Positions 44,749-57,504 of a stretch of DNA of 64,000 nt are shown piece by piece; positions within the stretch are counted from its first letter, which is position 1; the number at the start of each line of letters is the position of its first letter. The notes beneath the pieces were generated by a model. That model saw only the letters and a program-made list of their open reading frames with translations. It ran no database searches and was not told the DNA's origin. Origin of the DNA: Basidiobolus meristosporus CBS 931.73 (Eukaryota; Fungi; Basidiobolomycota); contig MCFE01000316.1 of the NCBI GenBank assembly GCA_002104905.1, positions 33,242 to 97,241 on the forward strand, given 5' to 3'. A program made the position numbers and the translations under genes.

Positions 44749-45229
44749 TTTCTTCGAAGACTCAGGTGGGACCGAAAATGGTATTTAACATAATTCGTCA
44801 ACTGAGTGTACTGGGAGCAAGCAAATAAGATTGATTTCCACGAAACCTTGATAATCAGTTCGATATCGCTGTGGTTGAGGTTAAGTATCAAAGGGTCACT
44901 ACTATTTCTATATTCCATATATTAAACCTATTTCTCACCGGGAATAAATAACGGAACGCCCCCACCCGTTTCTAATTGGCTCACCGAAGATGCGCTGGTC
45001 CCTTGATTATCTTCATCGATGGAAAACTGCGAACCCTTTTGGCTAGCCTCAATGTAGGTGGTAATTTGATTATCCATGCCAGGTTCCCACGCATTCAAGT
45101 AATGAAAGATAAACCACAAGCACAACACCCAATTCTCATTGATCGAGCTTCTTGAACATCAGCGAATAACGAGGATTTTTATTCAAACTACACTACTGAT
45201 GTACAGACTCAAGCCAAAGTGTTTAGCGC

Positions 45230-46753
45230 TCAAGTAATGATCACACGCATGCTGTTGGTGTTGCCAAGCCCTTCCTTGTATCCTTGTACCACCACAACTG
45301 GCTGGCCTATACCAACCAATTTAGCCTTAATTCCTTGCTCAATGGCAAACTCGATACGAGCATCCACATCCTCCAGCCACTCCTTTTCATCAGTACTTGT
45401 CGTGGCTGGCTTTGGATAGAGGAAGGGATAGCAGCCAGAATGCAGATGCGCCTGACGAGCAACATACCCATTACGGGTGACTGTAATGATGGGGCAATGT
45501 GGTCGATATTTGGAGATTAGACGTGCTGTGTTTCCTGAGTGGGTCAACACAATGATGGCACCAGCATCCGCTTCTAACGAGGCGTTAACAGCCGAGGAGG
45601 CGATTGTCTCGGTGATGTCTGTGGGGATTTTTGTGAGCCCACGTAGTTCGTTGAAGATCTGAGGATAGCAGAGGACAGATTCCGCGAGTTGACAAGCTTC
45701 AGCCATTGTCTTAACGGCTTCAACCGGGTACAACCCTTTCGCCGTCTCACCAGAAAGCATAACACAGTCAACCCCGTCGAGGACCGCATTGGCAACGTCA
45801 CTGATCTCAGCACGGGTAGGTCTCGGATTATAGGTCATCGATTCCAACATCTGGGTAGCACATACAACTGACTTGCCAGCCAAGTTGCACTGGGCAATGA
45901 TGGACTTCTGAGCAATGAATACCCGCTCGCAGGGAATCTCAATACCCAAATCGCCACGTGCGATCATTACACCATCCGCCTCTGACAAGATATCTGGGAA
46001 GTTATACACTCCTTGATAGTTCTCGATCTTGGCTATGATTTTAATTTCTTCCGCCGCTTTTCCCAATTCTGCTCTAATTTCTCGTATATCTTGCGCACAG
46101 CGAATGAATGAAGCAAAGATGATGTCGACACCGTGTTCCACACCGAACCGGATGTCAGCCTTATCCTTCTCAGACAGTGCTGGAAGGTCAACGTCAGTTC
46201 TCGGGAGATTGACTCCCTTTCTTGAACGAAGGGTACCATTGTTGAGTGCGCGAACCTCGACCTCGGTATCAAGAACTTCTATCACCTCAAACGAGAGGGC
46301 TCCATCATCGATATAGATGATCTTTCCGCTTTCGATCACCTTCGGGAGGCTTTTATAATCAATATAAAGCCTTTCACCATTGCATCTTTCAGCATACTCG
46401 TCGTCCGTGGTGAAAATCATCTGGTGGCCAGTCTGGATGTCGATGTCTTGGTTGTTTTCCATAATGCCGGTGCGAATTTCTGGGCCTTTGGTATCCAGGG
46501 CAATTCCGATCGGTAATTCTGGGAGAAAGGTCCTTTGACTCTCGCGAGCATTGGCAACAACTGAGCTGTGGTACTCATATGAACCATGAGAGAAATTCAT
46601 ACGAACGATATTTACACCTGCAGCACGAAGCTCGTTTATCTTCTCTACACTGTTTGTACTGGGACCCACAGTACAAACAATCCCGGTCCGTCTTTTAGCG
46701 GTGGGCTCAAGATCAATGTTGAGATCGGAAATCCAGGCAAGTCGAGAGGCCAT
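45230..46753 (-). CDS. Pyruvate kinase, paralog B (intronless)
   Basis: Probable start MASRLAWI at ATG 46753 (the track starts upstream at a non-ATG codon). All PK motifs present: [36 protein letters not shown]. Confidence 0.96.
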   Translation of the reverse strand: MASRLAWISDLNIDLEPTAKRRTGIVCTVGPSTNSVEKINELRAAGVNIVRMNFSHGSYEYHSSVVANARESQRTFLPELPIGIALDTKGPEIRTGIMENNQDIDIQTGHQMIFTTDDEYAERCNGERLYIDYKSLPKVIESGKIIYIDDGALSFEVIEVLDTEVEVRALNNGTLRSRKGVNLPRTDVDLPALSEKDKADIRFGVEHGVDIIFASFIRCAQDIREIRAELGKAAEEIKIIAKIENYQGVYNFPDILSEADGVMIARGDLGIEIPCERVFIAQKSIIAQCNLAGKSVVCATQMLESMTYNPRPTRAEISDVANAVLDGVDCVMLSGETAKGLYPVEAVKTMAEACQLAESVLCYPQIFNELRGLTKIPTDITETIASSAVNASLEADAGAIIVLTHSGNTARLISKYRPHCPIITVTRNGYVARQAHLHSGCYPFLYPKPATTSTDEKEWLEDVDARIEFAIEQGIKAKLVGIGQPVVVVQGYKEGLGNTNSMRVIIT

Positions 46754-48182
46754 CGAAGCAATGGAACTACTGGATACAATAAACAACCAAGGTTTCCAAT
46801 TGCTCGTCAGCCCTAGGTGCTTTTAAGTATTCCTTGTAGACGATGATTGCGTGTGAGTGTGGCTCGTTACACTTGCCACTTTTGTATATCTAAATATTTC
46901 ACCCCAAGCTAGAGAGTCCGTTCTACATTCGCTGAAGGATCTAGTCAATAGAAGCATAAACACCTATCCATTCGAATTTTGCGAAGCGATCACTCCACTT
47001 CACAGAATACAGGTAGAAATTATTATTTTCACATGTCACATAGAAATCTCTACTGTTTGTTTTGCATTGGCATCACCGGGCAGTGCCCGAAAGATATCTT
47101 CCTTAATCTCGGGCTCCAAATCAAATCAAAGGCTTAGAGCAGCGTAAGGTGGAAACGTTCCCGTATATTTGATTTCCCAGCGCAGTTTGCTTTCACGAGC
47201 CCCAATAGACCTGAATCGATCAAGTTTAACTTCGGCCCGCTTGAGCACATAAACTGGACTATCATTCAGAGGCCTCATGAAGTTCGCACGTGTTGATTGA
47301 AGTCACATTGTACGACACCTTGTACATTGTCCCTGTATACGGCATAGAGACCTTGAGCATTTTTATATGCAAATATGCCAAGTGAGCAGTAGATTGATTA
47401 CCGAACATTCTGGAGCTAGCAGACTAGAAATTTCAAACGTTGGATCCTTGACCGTGGGTATATGCTACAGCATGGTTACCAGGATCTTTCAGCCAATAAT
47501 CGTTTCACAAAAGACGAATCCCCCATTTAGTCCGTGGCTGATTATTGGCCCACCTAACATGCCCACACTTTATAAAAAACCCCTCAGCATGCGGCTCTAT
47601 AACCAGATCAAAAAGCCACCTCACCAATGCTGTATCTACTTCCTTCTGCTTACAGGATTACCCATTGCTGGCCCGTACTGGGGATGTCAAGCGGAAATTT
47701 TACTTGGAAAATTTTTGATTCACTTGCCTCAAGCAAATCAGATTTGGTGACTCTGGACGGGATGGATACTGGGTCTTGAAATAGATGAATTTTGCCGCCA
47801 TTATTCCACTCTTCAAATCCGTGACTCTCTAAAAGGATATTCGCCAGGTCACGTCGCGGATGACGTCATCTCAATTCCAGGAATGGATATGAAATACCCT
47901 AATGCGATATCCACCCAAAGACCCTGGACACTGCGCCAATGGTGGGTAAATTAATCACCTTCACGATTGTTACGATAGGTTGATATGAAGCCTTTTATGT
48001 AGAAAACAATATATGCTTGGGGAGAGTTGAGTGTAGTTGGCTAAAAGCCGTGGGCACTGATGCTCACGCCCAACCATATAGGCTCTGCATTAGGGAGTGA
48101 AAGAATAAGGGAATATGTTGTATGATAGAAGGTGGATGAACAAAAGCATTTGGGATATGTTCATGAGCCCAGACACGGCTAG

Positions 48183-48749
48183 TTAACATGTCAAAAAGTA
48201 ATTTAGCGAGCGAACTGCCACACCATATGAGCACTCAGAGATTGTGGAGCAGCCGGCCGGTGGTATGTCGTAGTATACATTGATACCATCGAACGGTGGC
48301 CCACTCAAACGAACTATATATGTAGAATCAGAGTATAAAGGCTGGGAGTCCACCCCGCATGGCACGCCTTGCAATAATCTGGTCTGAATTGGCTGGCTCT
48401 GATTGCTGCTTAAGGTTGCCTCTGCAATGACAGTACCACGACTGCCACAAATGGCCAGCTCTAAACTAACGGATTGTACGGTGGAGTTAAAACTGAAAGT
48501 AATGGGCTCAGCAACAGTAGGCCGAAACACGAGGGAGGTATGGCCGAGCTGTGGCGAGTTATGGAAGTTATAGATTGTCCCGTTATGAATGATTCCATGG
48601 TTGAATGGATAGGAGTTGCTGACAGATGGCTTGAGTGGGAAAGGAGTAAGTCCGCTCGCTGCAAACCGAATCCCACCGAACGGGCATGTGGCTTGGCTGG
48701 CGACGAGAGTTGGATACAGAAGTATTACGATGATGAGAAAACTATGCAT
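48183..48749 (-). CDS. Small secreted protein of unknown function (188 aa, 6 Cys)
   Basis: MHSFLIIVILLYPTLVASQ resembles a signal peptide; uninterrupted ORF ending in Cys; no recognisable family motif. Confidence 0.6.
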   Translation of the reverse strand: MHSFLIIVILLYPTLVASQATCPFGGIRFAASGLTPFPLKPSVSNSYPFNHGIIHNGTIYNFHNSPQLGHTSLVFRPTVAEPITFSFNSTVQSVSLELAICGSRGTVIAEATLSSNQSQPIQTRLLQGVPCGVDSQPLYSDSTYIVRLSGPPFDGINVYYDIPPAGCSTISECSYGVAVRSLNYFLTC

Positions 48750-50176
48750 GGTTTGGAGATCGAAAGCAAATCGCCGGGTATTTATTGGATTCGACAATGA
48801 GGTCACTTTAACATCAGCATAGAAACTATCCATGTCAACCAATCTGGTGTCTGACCAGGTCCCCATTTTTAGAGAGCGGTCTGCTGCCAAAGGATCAAAT
48901 GCCGAAATTGAGACAGTTTTCGATTGGAATGTGCCTGTAGAGCTTTACGATGATCCAGGAACCAAATCTATTACTCAATACTGACATACCTGGCAAAGGA
49001 TGACGGCAAAGACAATGGTTGTGTAGCGCAGGGTAGTAAGGTTGGTAGATTCTGATGGTTGTGGAACGTATCGAGTTTGAGCCCTCCGATCTTTTTGACA
49101 GAAGTGATGCTGCAGCAATCCCCATCCTCCTGGGTTGTGCCAACATACTCTTTTGGTGATGCTGGAATCACCCATTATGCGCAGTGTTTTTTACACTGAT
49201 AGTTGGTTATCAACATCCAGTGGTACATCGGCCAACCAAGCGAAACAACTGGACAAAATACCATACTTGTCTTCATTGGTCAACGGGGAAAATCTGCAAC
49301 TAGGCGACATCAAGTGGTCCACATTGCTGATATGCTAGAAAGACCTAAAGAATTGATTAGATGAGCATATTTCCTCTGTAGAGACTGGATGTTTACTATT
49401 TGCTATTGGAATATGTGAAAATCAATAATTCATTTAGTGACGGTCATGGAGGAAATTCCTATTCGTTTTTATTATGTCCAATATTAAATTTTCCAAGATC
49501 TCTGATATTCCTAGTAGATCATCCACACAAACCCCACGTCTGCCTAAAAGCAACTACACTACTACTGTGAGGAGAGTGTACTAATTGAAGCCTCAGGCCC
49601 ATTTAAGTCCTATTCCTACAGAATATTTCTCATATAAATATCATACATAAATGAAATTTGCCGAGGATCTGTCGGAATTTCAGCTCAAATTTATCAACTC
49701 AAGCTTAATCCGAATAATGACCCAAGTCACCCATTTACGCAAAAATGGCCAACGAATCGGAATGTGACCATTTACAGATACCGACAATCACCATGTTGCT
49801 GACAAGTGGATTTCTGTCTCTTTATATCTATTGACCTGATGAGCCCTTCACCACAAGTGTGTGGGATGAGGATTCCTAGGAATCGGTTGATTCATACTTG
49901 CTTCGTATTTCTTTGATGCTTGACATTTCATTGGCATTTTGCGTCTATTCCTATTCTATACATATATATTCCACCGGAGCAAAGTGCAAAACTTTATTGA
50001 CCATCTACAAATGGTGTACAGCACACAGATTTACGTGTATAGATTGGTGCTTTAGAGCCTACCATTGATGATGAATCTAATTAAGTGATGGGGCTCAGGA
50101 GGGACAGTCCATTATGTGCTACGCAAAGCTAAAGAAAATCTAAGGAATAAATAATTAATTTAGCGAGTATTGGCAT

Positions 50177-53100
50177 TTAGTCTGCCTCCGTGTTTGGAAG
50201 TTTCGTATATGTGCGAGAGAAGGTTGAGAACACTCTATCACGAACACTGCCAATGGCAGTAAGCAGTCCCCAGCTGCCAGAGAGTGATGCACTTCCGGTA
50301 ATCGCAACATCTTCTTCTTCACATAGTGGCTTCTTGTAGAGCTTGAGGAGAAGGCTTGAACAAACAACGCTGACGCTGGAAAAGGCCATGGCAGCTCCAG
50401 CTATCATAGGGTGCATCATGATACCCCATGGGAGCAAGAAGCCCATCGCTATGGGGATGGCAATCAAATTGTACCCAGATGCCCAGATGAAATTCATTCG
50501 AATGCGCTTGAAAATGACCCGAGAAAGATCAATGGCCGCTACAACATCGCACAAATCTGCTCGCATTAAAACAATACTGGCCGCCTCCATAGCAATATCA
50601 GTTCCAGAGCAAACGGCGATACCTACGTCGGAGGCAGCAAGGGCTGGTGAATCGTTGATGCCGTCCCCAACCATTGCAACCACTTCTCCTGCAAGCTGCA
50701 TCGACTTGATAATATGGGTTTTGCCTGCTGGCGAGACACCTGCATGAATTTCAGTGATACCACACTCAGTAGCAATGGATTGTGCAGTAAGCTCCTGATC
50801 ACCGGTTACCATAGCACAACTAATCCCCATCTTGTTTAAAGCGCGGATGGAACGTCGAGCCTCAGGTCTGATAATATCGGAGAGACAAATGAACCCGGCA
50901 AACTCGGTGTCGAAGGCAACCAGGATTACTACCTTGCCTTCGCGTCTGTATGATTTGATAGCTTCCAGCAGATCTTGGGGGACATGGCAGCGGTTCTGTA
51001 AAATCCATTTCTCGTTTCCGATAGCAATTACTTTGCTGTTTTGTCTAAGGGTCGTGCGACAGGTAACACCTAGACCCGGGACGGCCTCGAATCCGGTAAT
51101 TTCCACATCAGTGGTGGAGACGCTCATCTCCTGTTGAGCATACAGCACAATTGCGCGTCCCAAAGGATGTTCACTGTTGTTTTCGGCCGCTGCAACCAGT
51201 TTCCAGAACTGTTCCGCAGTTACGCCAGCAGTGGTCTCGAAGTGGGCGACTCCTAGTTTTCCAAGAGTTAACGTGCCAGTCTTATCAAAAACAAGTTTAG
51301 TAATCTTGTGTGCAGTCTCAAGTGGCTCTCCTCCCTTTATGAGAATGCCATTTTGTGCACCAACACCGGTTCCAACCATGACCGCTGTCGGCACGCTCAA
51401 CCCAAGGGCACATGGACAGGCGACTACTATGACTGATATGCATAATTTCAGGCATACATAAATAAAATTTGCATCCTCATAGAACATCCGTGGAAGATGA
51501 TCAGAGGTATAACAAATGGTTAGCCAGACAACGAATGTTCCGAAGCCAAGAGCGATAACAGTAGGAACGAAATAGCTGGCTATTGTGTCAGCCATAGCTT
51601 GAATTGGCGCTTTCTTCGTCTGGGCCTCTTCGACAAGTTTCACAATTTGAGCAAGAGCAGTGTCGCTGCCAACCTTTGTAGCCTCCATGGTAAACGATCC
51701 CATACCGTTCACAGTGCCACCAATTACGCTTTCACCCGGCTTCTTGGAAATTGGTAAAGGTTCGCCAGTCACCATGGATTCATCGACGGAGCTTGAGCCG
51801 CTCTTGACTACGCCATCGGCAGGGATTTTTTCACCAGGAAAAATCTTAAGAATGTCTCCTTTCTGCACTAAATCAGTAGATATCTTTTTCTCGGCAGCCA
51901 AGTCACCATTAGCGTCGAACTCCAATAATACTGCTGTAGAGGGTGCTAAGGAAATTAGCTTCGACAGTGCGGTGGAAGTCTTGCTTTTTGCTTTGTTTTC
52001 CAGATATCTCCCCAAGGTAACGAATGTAATGAGCATCGCAGAGGCTTCAAAAAAGGTTGACGGTTGAGGGTGCTTTGGATGCAACACAGAAATTACGAGC
52101 GACAACAATGAGAAAAAGAAAGCGCAGCTGGTGCCTAGCATCACTAAAACATCCATAGTGGAATTTCCATGCGATAAAGCCTTGTACGCGGATATGTAAA
52201 ACCTTTTCCCAATCCCAAACTGAACGGGAATAGTCAAGCTCATCTGGATCAAGTCCCCAAGTGGCAAGCCAGGGAGTAGGTTATAGTGGATCATATCGTG
52301 TCCCCATGAAAAATGTGGAAGTATCTTGTGAATGATAAGGACGGGTAACGTGAAAAATAGAGCACGGTAGAATGCCCTCCTCCATTCTTGGATCTCTTTC
52401 GTCTTCTCTAAAGACTCGAGCTGTGCATTGGAGCTGAGATCAGAGAGCAAGGCGTCGAATCCCATATCCTCCACTCTATTCACGATATTTCTAATCCCGG
52501 TGATCTCCGAATCAAACTCAATGTGTGCAGTCTCCAGCGGAAGACTAACAGATATATTGAGAATCCCAGGCATCTTCCCGATTTCCTTCTCAATACTGTG
52601 TACGCATGATGCGCAAGTCATGCCGTATATTTTGAGCGAAACGTTGCCTTGGCGGTTTGTCTGGAGTGGGGAAGCTTCGAAGCCAATTCCAGATACGATG
52701 CTGGCGATTTGATCAATATCAATCACATCTGAGTCGTATCGTACATCTGCACGTTCGGAGAGCAGTGAAACAGTGATGGACACAACTCCCTTTTGTTCTT
52801 TTAGCGCTCGCTCGATACTGGCTACGCATGAAGCGCATGACATTCCATGGATGGACAGAGAGCCACTGAGTATGGTATCTTGGTTGAATTGATGCGACTT
52901 GATATCCACCAACGGAATCATGTCTGCGGGATTGTACTTGTCATCAGCTGCAGAGAAGTTGCCCAATGGGACGCCCATTGCTTTGTCAATCTTTTCGACT
53001 GTGTTGATTGGCACCTCAAATCCACAATCTTCGATTGCATCAATAATGGCTTGCTGACTCAAGGCGCTCGGGCTATATGTTACAGTAGCCTGTTCCTTTG

Positions 53101-53698
53101 CAAGATCCACTTGTACTAATTCAATGCCGGTTAACGGCCGCAGTGAGTCTTCGATTGCACGGACGCAAGAATGGCAAGTCATGCCAACAATGGGAATAAC
53201 GGAGGTAGCAGTTTGATGGAGCTCAGAGGGGTCGGAAATATTGGAAGGCGAGCTATTAACATCAAAGCCACAGTCTTCAATGATACCGATTACTTCGGCC
53301 AGTGAAATGATGTCCTGGTCAAAAGTAACAATCGCGCTGTTCTGAGGAAGGCTTACTTCAAGATCTATAACACCAGGGGTTGGCGACAGAACGTTGTGGA
53401 TAGCCTTCACACAAGATTGACAAGTCATTCCTTGAACGTCTAGCTGAACAGTGGTGTTTGATTTAGACAACGGAACTTGCGATTGTAGAGAGGCGATAAA
53501 GCCACAATCCTCAATGCTTTCCAAAATAGTTTGTATATTGATGACTTGCGGCTCGAACTTCAAGTCAACTGTATTGTTTTCAAGGCTTACCTCCACCTGG
53601 TGGATACCACTCAATGGCTCCAGGCTAGAGCGGATGGCTGTCACGCAAGATTGACAAGTCATACCTTGCACATTTACTGTTGCGATGGCTATTGACAT
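50177..53698 (-). CDS. CCC2: Copper-transporting P1B-type ATPase (Ccc2/ATP7-like), five HMA domains, intronless
   Basis: Five GM(T/S)CxxC motifs, TGEP, CPC, DKTGT, SEHP, GDGIND, YN and MAFSS motifs. Confidence 0.96.
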   Translation of the reverse strand: MSIAIATVNVQGMTCQSCVTAIRSSLEPLSGIHQVEVSLENNTVDLKFEPQVINIQTILESIEDCGFIASLQSQVPLSKSNTTVQLDVQGMTCQSCVKAIHNVLSPTPGVIDLEVSLPQNSAIVTFDQDIISLAEVIGIIEDCGFDVNSSPSNISDPSELHQTATSVIPIVGMTCHSCVRAIEDSLRPLTGIELVQVDLAKEQATVTYSPSALSQQAIIDAIEDCGFEVPINTVEKIDKAMGVPLGNFSAADDKYNPADMIPLVDIKSHQFNQDTILSGSLSIHGMSCASCVASIERALKEQKGVVSITVSLLSERADVRYDSDVIDIDQIASIVSGIGFEASPLQTNRQGNVSLKIYGMTCASCVHSIEKEIGKMPGILNISVSLPLETAHIEFDSEITGIRNIVNRVEDMGFDALLSDLSSNAQLESLEKTKEIQEWRRAFYRALFFTLPVLIIHKILPHFSWGHDMIHYNLLPGLPLGDLIQMSLTIPVQFGIGKRFYISAYKALSHGNSTMDVLVMLGTSCAFFFSLLSLVISVLHPKHPQPSTFFEASAMLITFVTLGRYLENKAKSKTSTALSKLISLAPSTAVLLEFDANGDLAAEKKISTDLVQKGDILKIFPGEKIPADGVVKSGSSSVDESMVTGEPLPISKKPGESVIGGTVNGMGSFTMEATKVGSDTALAQIVKLVEEAQTKKAPIQAMADTIASYFVPTVIALGFGTFVVWLTICYTSDHLPRMFYEDANFIYVCLKLCISVIVVACPCALGLSVPTAVMVGTGVGAQNGILIKGGEPLETAHKITKLVFDKTGTLTLGKLGVAHFETTAGVTAEQFWKLVAAAENNSEHPLGRAIVLYAQQEMSVSTTDVEITGFEAVPGLGVTCRTTLRQNSKVIAIGNEKWILQNRCHVPQDLLEAIKSYRREGKVVILVAFDTEFAGFICLSDIIRPEARRSIRALNKMGISCAMVTGDQELTAQSIATECGITEIHAGVSPAGKTHIIKSMQLAGEVVAMVGDGINDSPALAASDVGIAVCSGTDIAMEAASIVLMRADLCDVVAAIDLSRVIFKRIRMNFIWASGYNLIAIPIAMGFLLPWGIMMHPMIAGAAMAFSSVSVVCSSLLLKLYKKPLCEEEDVAITGSASLSGSWGLLTAIGSVRDRVFSTFSRTYTKLPNTEAD

Positions 53699-54229
53699 TT
53701 TGGAAAGCTCTTCGAGAGAGGTTGACGAATGGACAGAAGGGGGTTAAGAAAAGGAGATAGCTCAAAGATAAAAAGGCGAACGAATAAAAATTTAGCTATG
53801 CTATATGCTAGAAGATACACAAGAAAACTGAATGCTGAGAAAAACGATAATGTGGTAAGGAGTGACAATTAACAGTTCATGGTACAACAAGCGTCAAGGA
53901 AAGAAATTCTTGATTCAAGAATCAGTAAAATAATCCATTGAAATTGCATTCCCAACAGACTTATATAACACCAGTGGGCCCACTCGAGCATTTTTTGTGT
54001 TATGTGTATGTTTGAGTGGGGTATTTCATAAATTGAATAGTAAATTGCACTTAAAGTCATGGCGGACCAATCCGAGGAAAAAGGTAATGTATTTCCTTAT
54101 TTTCTGGGTCATTCACATATCGAATTTGGATTTATACATGTCTTCGTTACCCCTTACCCATACATGTAGACAACGGTAATTGATTGAGTGCGTGTCTCGT
54201 GGAATTTCTCATAATATCCATAATTTTAT

Positions 54230-54390
54230 AGTTTCATTTAGGGTCACTTGATCTAATATTCCGGATTCCATAATTGGTGGAAGCGGTAAGGGAGATACGG
54301 AAGAATATGGATCGATTTTACATCTCGTCATTCCACGGACACCTACTGTTGCGATGGCTCGGAAATAATGAGATCGCGTTTTGACGAAAC
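54230..54390 (-). pseudogene. Decayed duplicate of the 5' end of the Cu-ATPase gene
   Basis: 16-nt exact match TACTGTTGCGATGGCT (54344-54359 = 53675-53690). AIATVGVRGMT versus [14 protein letters not shown] blocks GGAAA and TTGACGAA conserved at identical 15-nt spacing; the ATG-containing segment is missing. Confidence 0.6.
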
Positions 54391-55913
54391 CGCATAAGCA
54401 GTGGAAGCGGAGCATCATGTTAGCAGTTAAGATTACTGCACCAGGCTCAATGGTATGGAGAATGCCGGTTCCCCGTTACCCCTGTCATCCATCGGAATCC
54501 TGGGTGACACATGCTGCCGAACAGCCTCAAACCAAATTCTGTCCCTGTTGGTGAACGGGAGTTCAAGTGAGCATATCAATCACAATCACAGACTAGCAAC
54601 AAACAGGCACTCGGACCAATGCTAGCAAAATACCCGCAATCTAGGAAGATACATGCAAAACCAGCAACAGGTTAGTGGCACTTCGACGCATACTACTTGG
54701 CTGTTTCTATAGCTTTGATCCATCCAATGTACACTAAATTACATTCTTCAACCAGTTTTCTACCAACGATTACATGCGCATCAGCTGATTGCCATTTTAG
54801 GGTGGAATCAATTTGTGAATCCGCAGGGCGAATTACGTCCATGTAATGTTTGATGTTGGTTAGGGGCTACGCCAAATTAATAATCCATTAATGCTAAACA
54901 GGCAATCATCAAACCCTGCTATAACAATAGATTCATGCTTCGCAATTTCATGTCGACAAATTTGGCCAACTGACAGATTCCAGACTCAATCCCTGTCTTT
55001 TCTGGGTAGATTCGAAGGTTGTAGTATGGGAGAGGTCAAGAGATAATTTATCTGTGTTACTGGATTTGTTACGCAATGAATGTGGGGATTTGTAGAGTGG
55101 AGGCGAGCTGCTTGTCCCAAAATAAATGTGATCAGCCAACTTGGCCCGGATCAAGTGACGATGAGGGTAGCTTGGATCCAATCAGCGATCAGATGTGCCT
55201 GACCTCACCTAGCAAGATTGTTCGTGCATTTTTGACAGCCAAGAGTTGTTGTCTAATACCATCACATATAGATTGTAATGTGGGCCAGAAATTAGTGACT
55301 GAGGGTAAACTTCGCAATCAGGAGTTGGTTTGCTGCATCTGATCAGTATGAAACCGACGGTTCATTTCAGCCTCATGCTGGCTGAAATAGACTATGTATC
55401 ATCGACATGAAGGTTCCTCACCTTCTATTTGAAATCATTCATCAAATCCCCATTAAGGCATTGCGGATGCCTTGTTGACTTGCCTATATGGAAATTCCAT
55501 ATCATTATTGGCATCAGTATCTATCCATGCTATTTGAGTATTGTCGTATTCACAATGATTCTTAGTCACTGAAATGTTCCAGCCAATATCTCAGCTTATC
55601 CTCAGATTCGACGAGTTTGTATCATTTTTAACTTCTTGGTTTATGAGATTTGTAACTAGATACGAGTTCTTTAGAAGCAGTGACAAACCGTCATTCATAC
55701 TAACGCATTTAAGCTAAAAGTGTGTTAGAAAGACAGGATGACAGTAATGATATTATTTTGTCAGACGCCGATATTATTCACGTATCTTGATGATTCATAA
55801 TTTAGCATTCAGTAAAGTAGAAACTTGACTTGCCATTTGATCCGTGGCATAACAACCAAGCGAAGTTGTTGAAAGTATCAAAATTTTCAAATTAGAGCAA
55901 ATATGATGTAGAA

Positions 55914-57504
55914 GGGGGGAGACAGTCACCAACAGGTGAAATCTTTATTTCAGTTGAAACAAAGAAGCCAGTGCTACTGTTGTAGCTTTGATACAAGAGT
56001 GTGTAGCTGAGGGGAATTTGTAGGTAAGTTAATAAGAAGTGATGATAGTTCTTCAGTGCTCAACATACTGTTCAGTGGGAAGGGGGGTAGCAAGAGAGGT
56101 AAGAATAACTTGTGAACAACATTAATGAGGGGAATGTGATAAGGATTGATATTCATCATAAAGGGAGTGTGCTGCTGCAGATATTGCTGCCAAAGGTCTG
56201 TCAAGTACTTCAGGTAGGCCAGCTTGGGTTTTTCTGACTGCAGAATATAGTGAGCAAACTTCTTGACTTCAGGATCTCCAAGTATAGTTCTCCAGCAGGA
56301 GCCAGGTGTTGTGTAGTGTGTTCTCTTCCAGGCCTTAATCAGTGGGTTGTTGCAGTTGTGAAGTCTGAGGTATAATCTGGTTCTAAGGTAGAGAAGTCTG
56401 ATCTTATAGGGCATAAACCCAAAAGCACCAAGAATAGCATGTCTGTAGGGGCATTCAGGCAAATGAGGCACCAAGGAGGTAATGCACCATACTGCAAACT
56501 TGTCAAGCTTAGTGCAGTCTCTAGAAGTAAGAGAGAGAAGTGGTAAGCCAAATTACAGGACAGGGAAGACAAACTGCTTGAGTAGAAGGAGGCAGCTGGG
56601 AGCTGAAGTTGTAGGAGGAGTAACAGCCAGTAGCTTGTGGAGTGCCTGTCTTGCCAGGATAATTCTCTTCTTCAGGTGTGCTCCAGAGTCTAGTCCAGTA
56701 GGAAGGAAAGGAAAGCCAAGATATGTAGCAGAAACCTGAGCAGGTAGAGTGGAGTTCTCCAAGTTGATGGGAGAGCCCAAAGGTACTGTCTATGCAATGG
56801 AAAGCTGGAGATTATTCTTCTGCAGATACTGGTGGATGGTCTGAGAGTCTTGTTGCACATTGGAGGAGGATATTCTGATGTCATCAGCAAAGAGAGTAAC
56901 CAGGCAGTCAGCTGAGAGTCTTGGGAAGTCATTCAGGAAGATGGCAAACAGTATAGGACCAAGCACAGAGCCTTGAACCACTCCATTAGGTACTGAGAAC
57001 ACAGCTGATTGCTCACTTGGGTGCAGAATACTTGCTTGTGGATCCAGAAACAGAGACCTGACAAGGAGGGTGAGAGAGGTACTGGAGAAGCATTGCAACT
57101 TGGACCAAAGCAGATTTCTGTCAACTGAATCAAAGGCCTTAGTAATATCAAACAGAACAGAGGGATACTTGCACTGGAGAGAGTGATCTTGGCTAAGTAT
57201 GACTGCATATTCCAAGGAGAGGCCAGGAACAAAGCCAAACTGTGCAGGATGAAACTTGAGGGAGTCAGAGTAGAGCTCCTGAGCAAGCAGAAGCTCAAAC
57301 ACCTTTCTGCAGGTGGGCAGCAGAGATATTGGCCTGTAGGAGCTAGGATCCAGGTGCTTTCCTTTACCCTTGTACAGTGGCAGAACATTTGCAAAGGACC
57401 ATTCCTCAGGAGTAGAAAGCTGGGCTGAGCATTGCTGAAACAGTGGAAGCAGAAGTGCAGACATGGCCTTGGTACTAGTCTTCAGAAGCTCATAGGAGAT
57501 TGTG
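55914..57504 (-). mobile_element. 5'-truncated copy of the telomeric LINE (RT and C-terminal part only)
   Basis: Collinear with 59158-60748 (about 20 substitutions in ~1.6 kb, counted by eye). Homology stops at GAGATTGTG and is followed by GGTTAGGG. Extra premature TAG at 56790. Confidence 0.95.

Noticed and set aside
48020-48090. tRNA-like GTGTAGTTGGCTAA segment
   Set aside because: No T-loop or acceptor stem.
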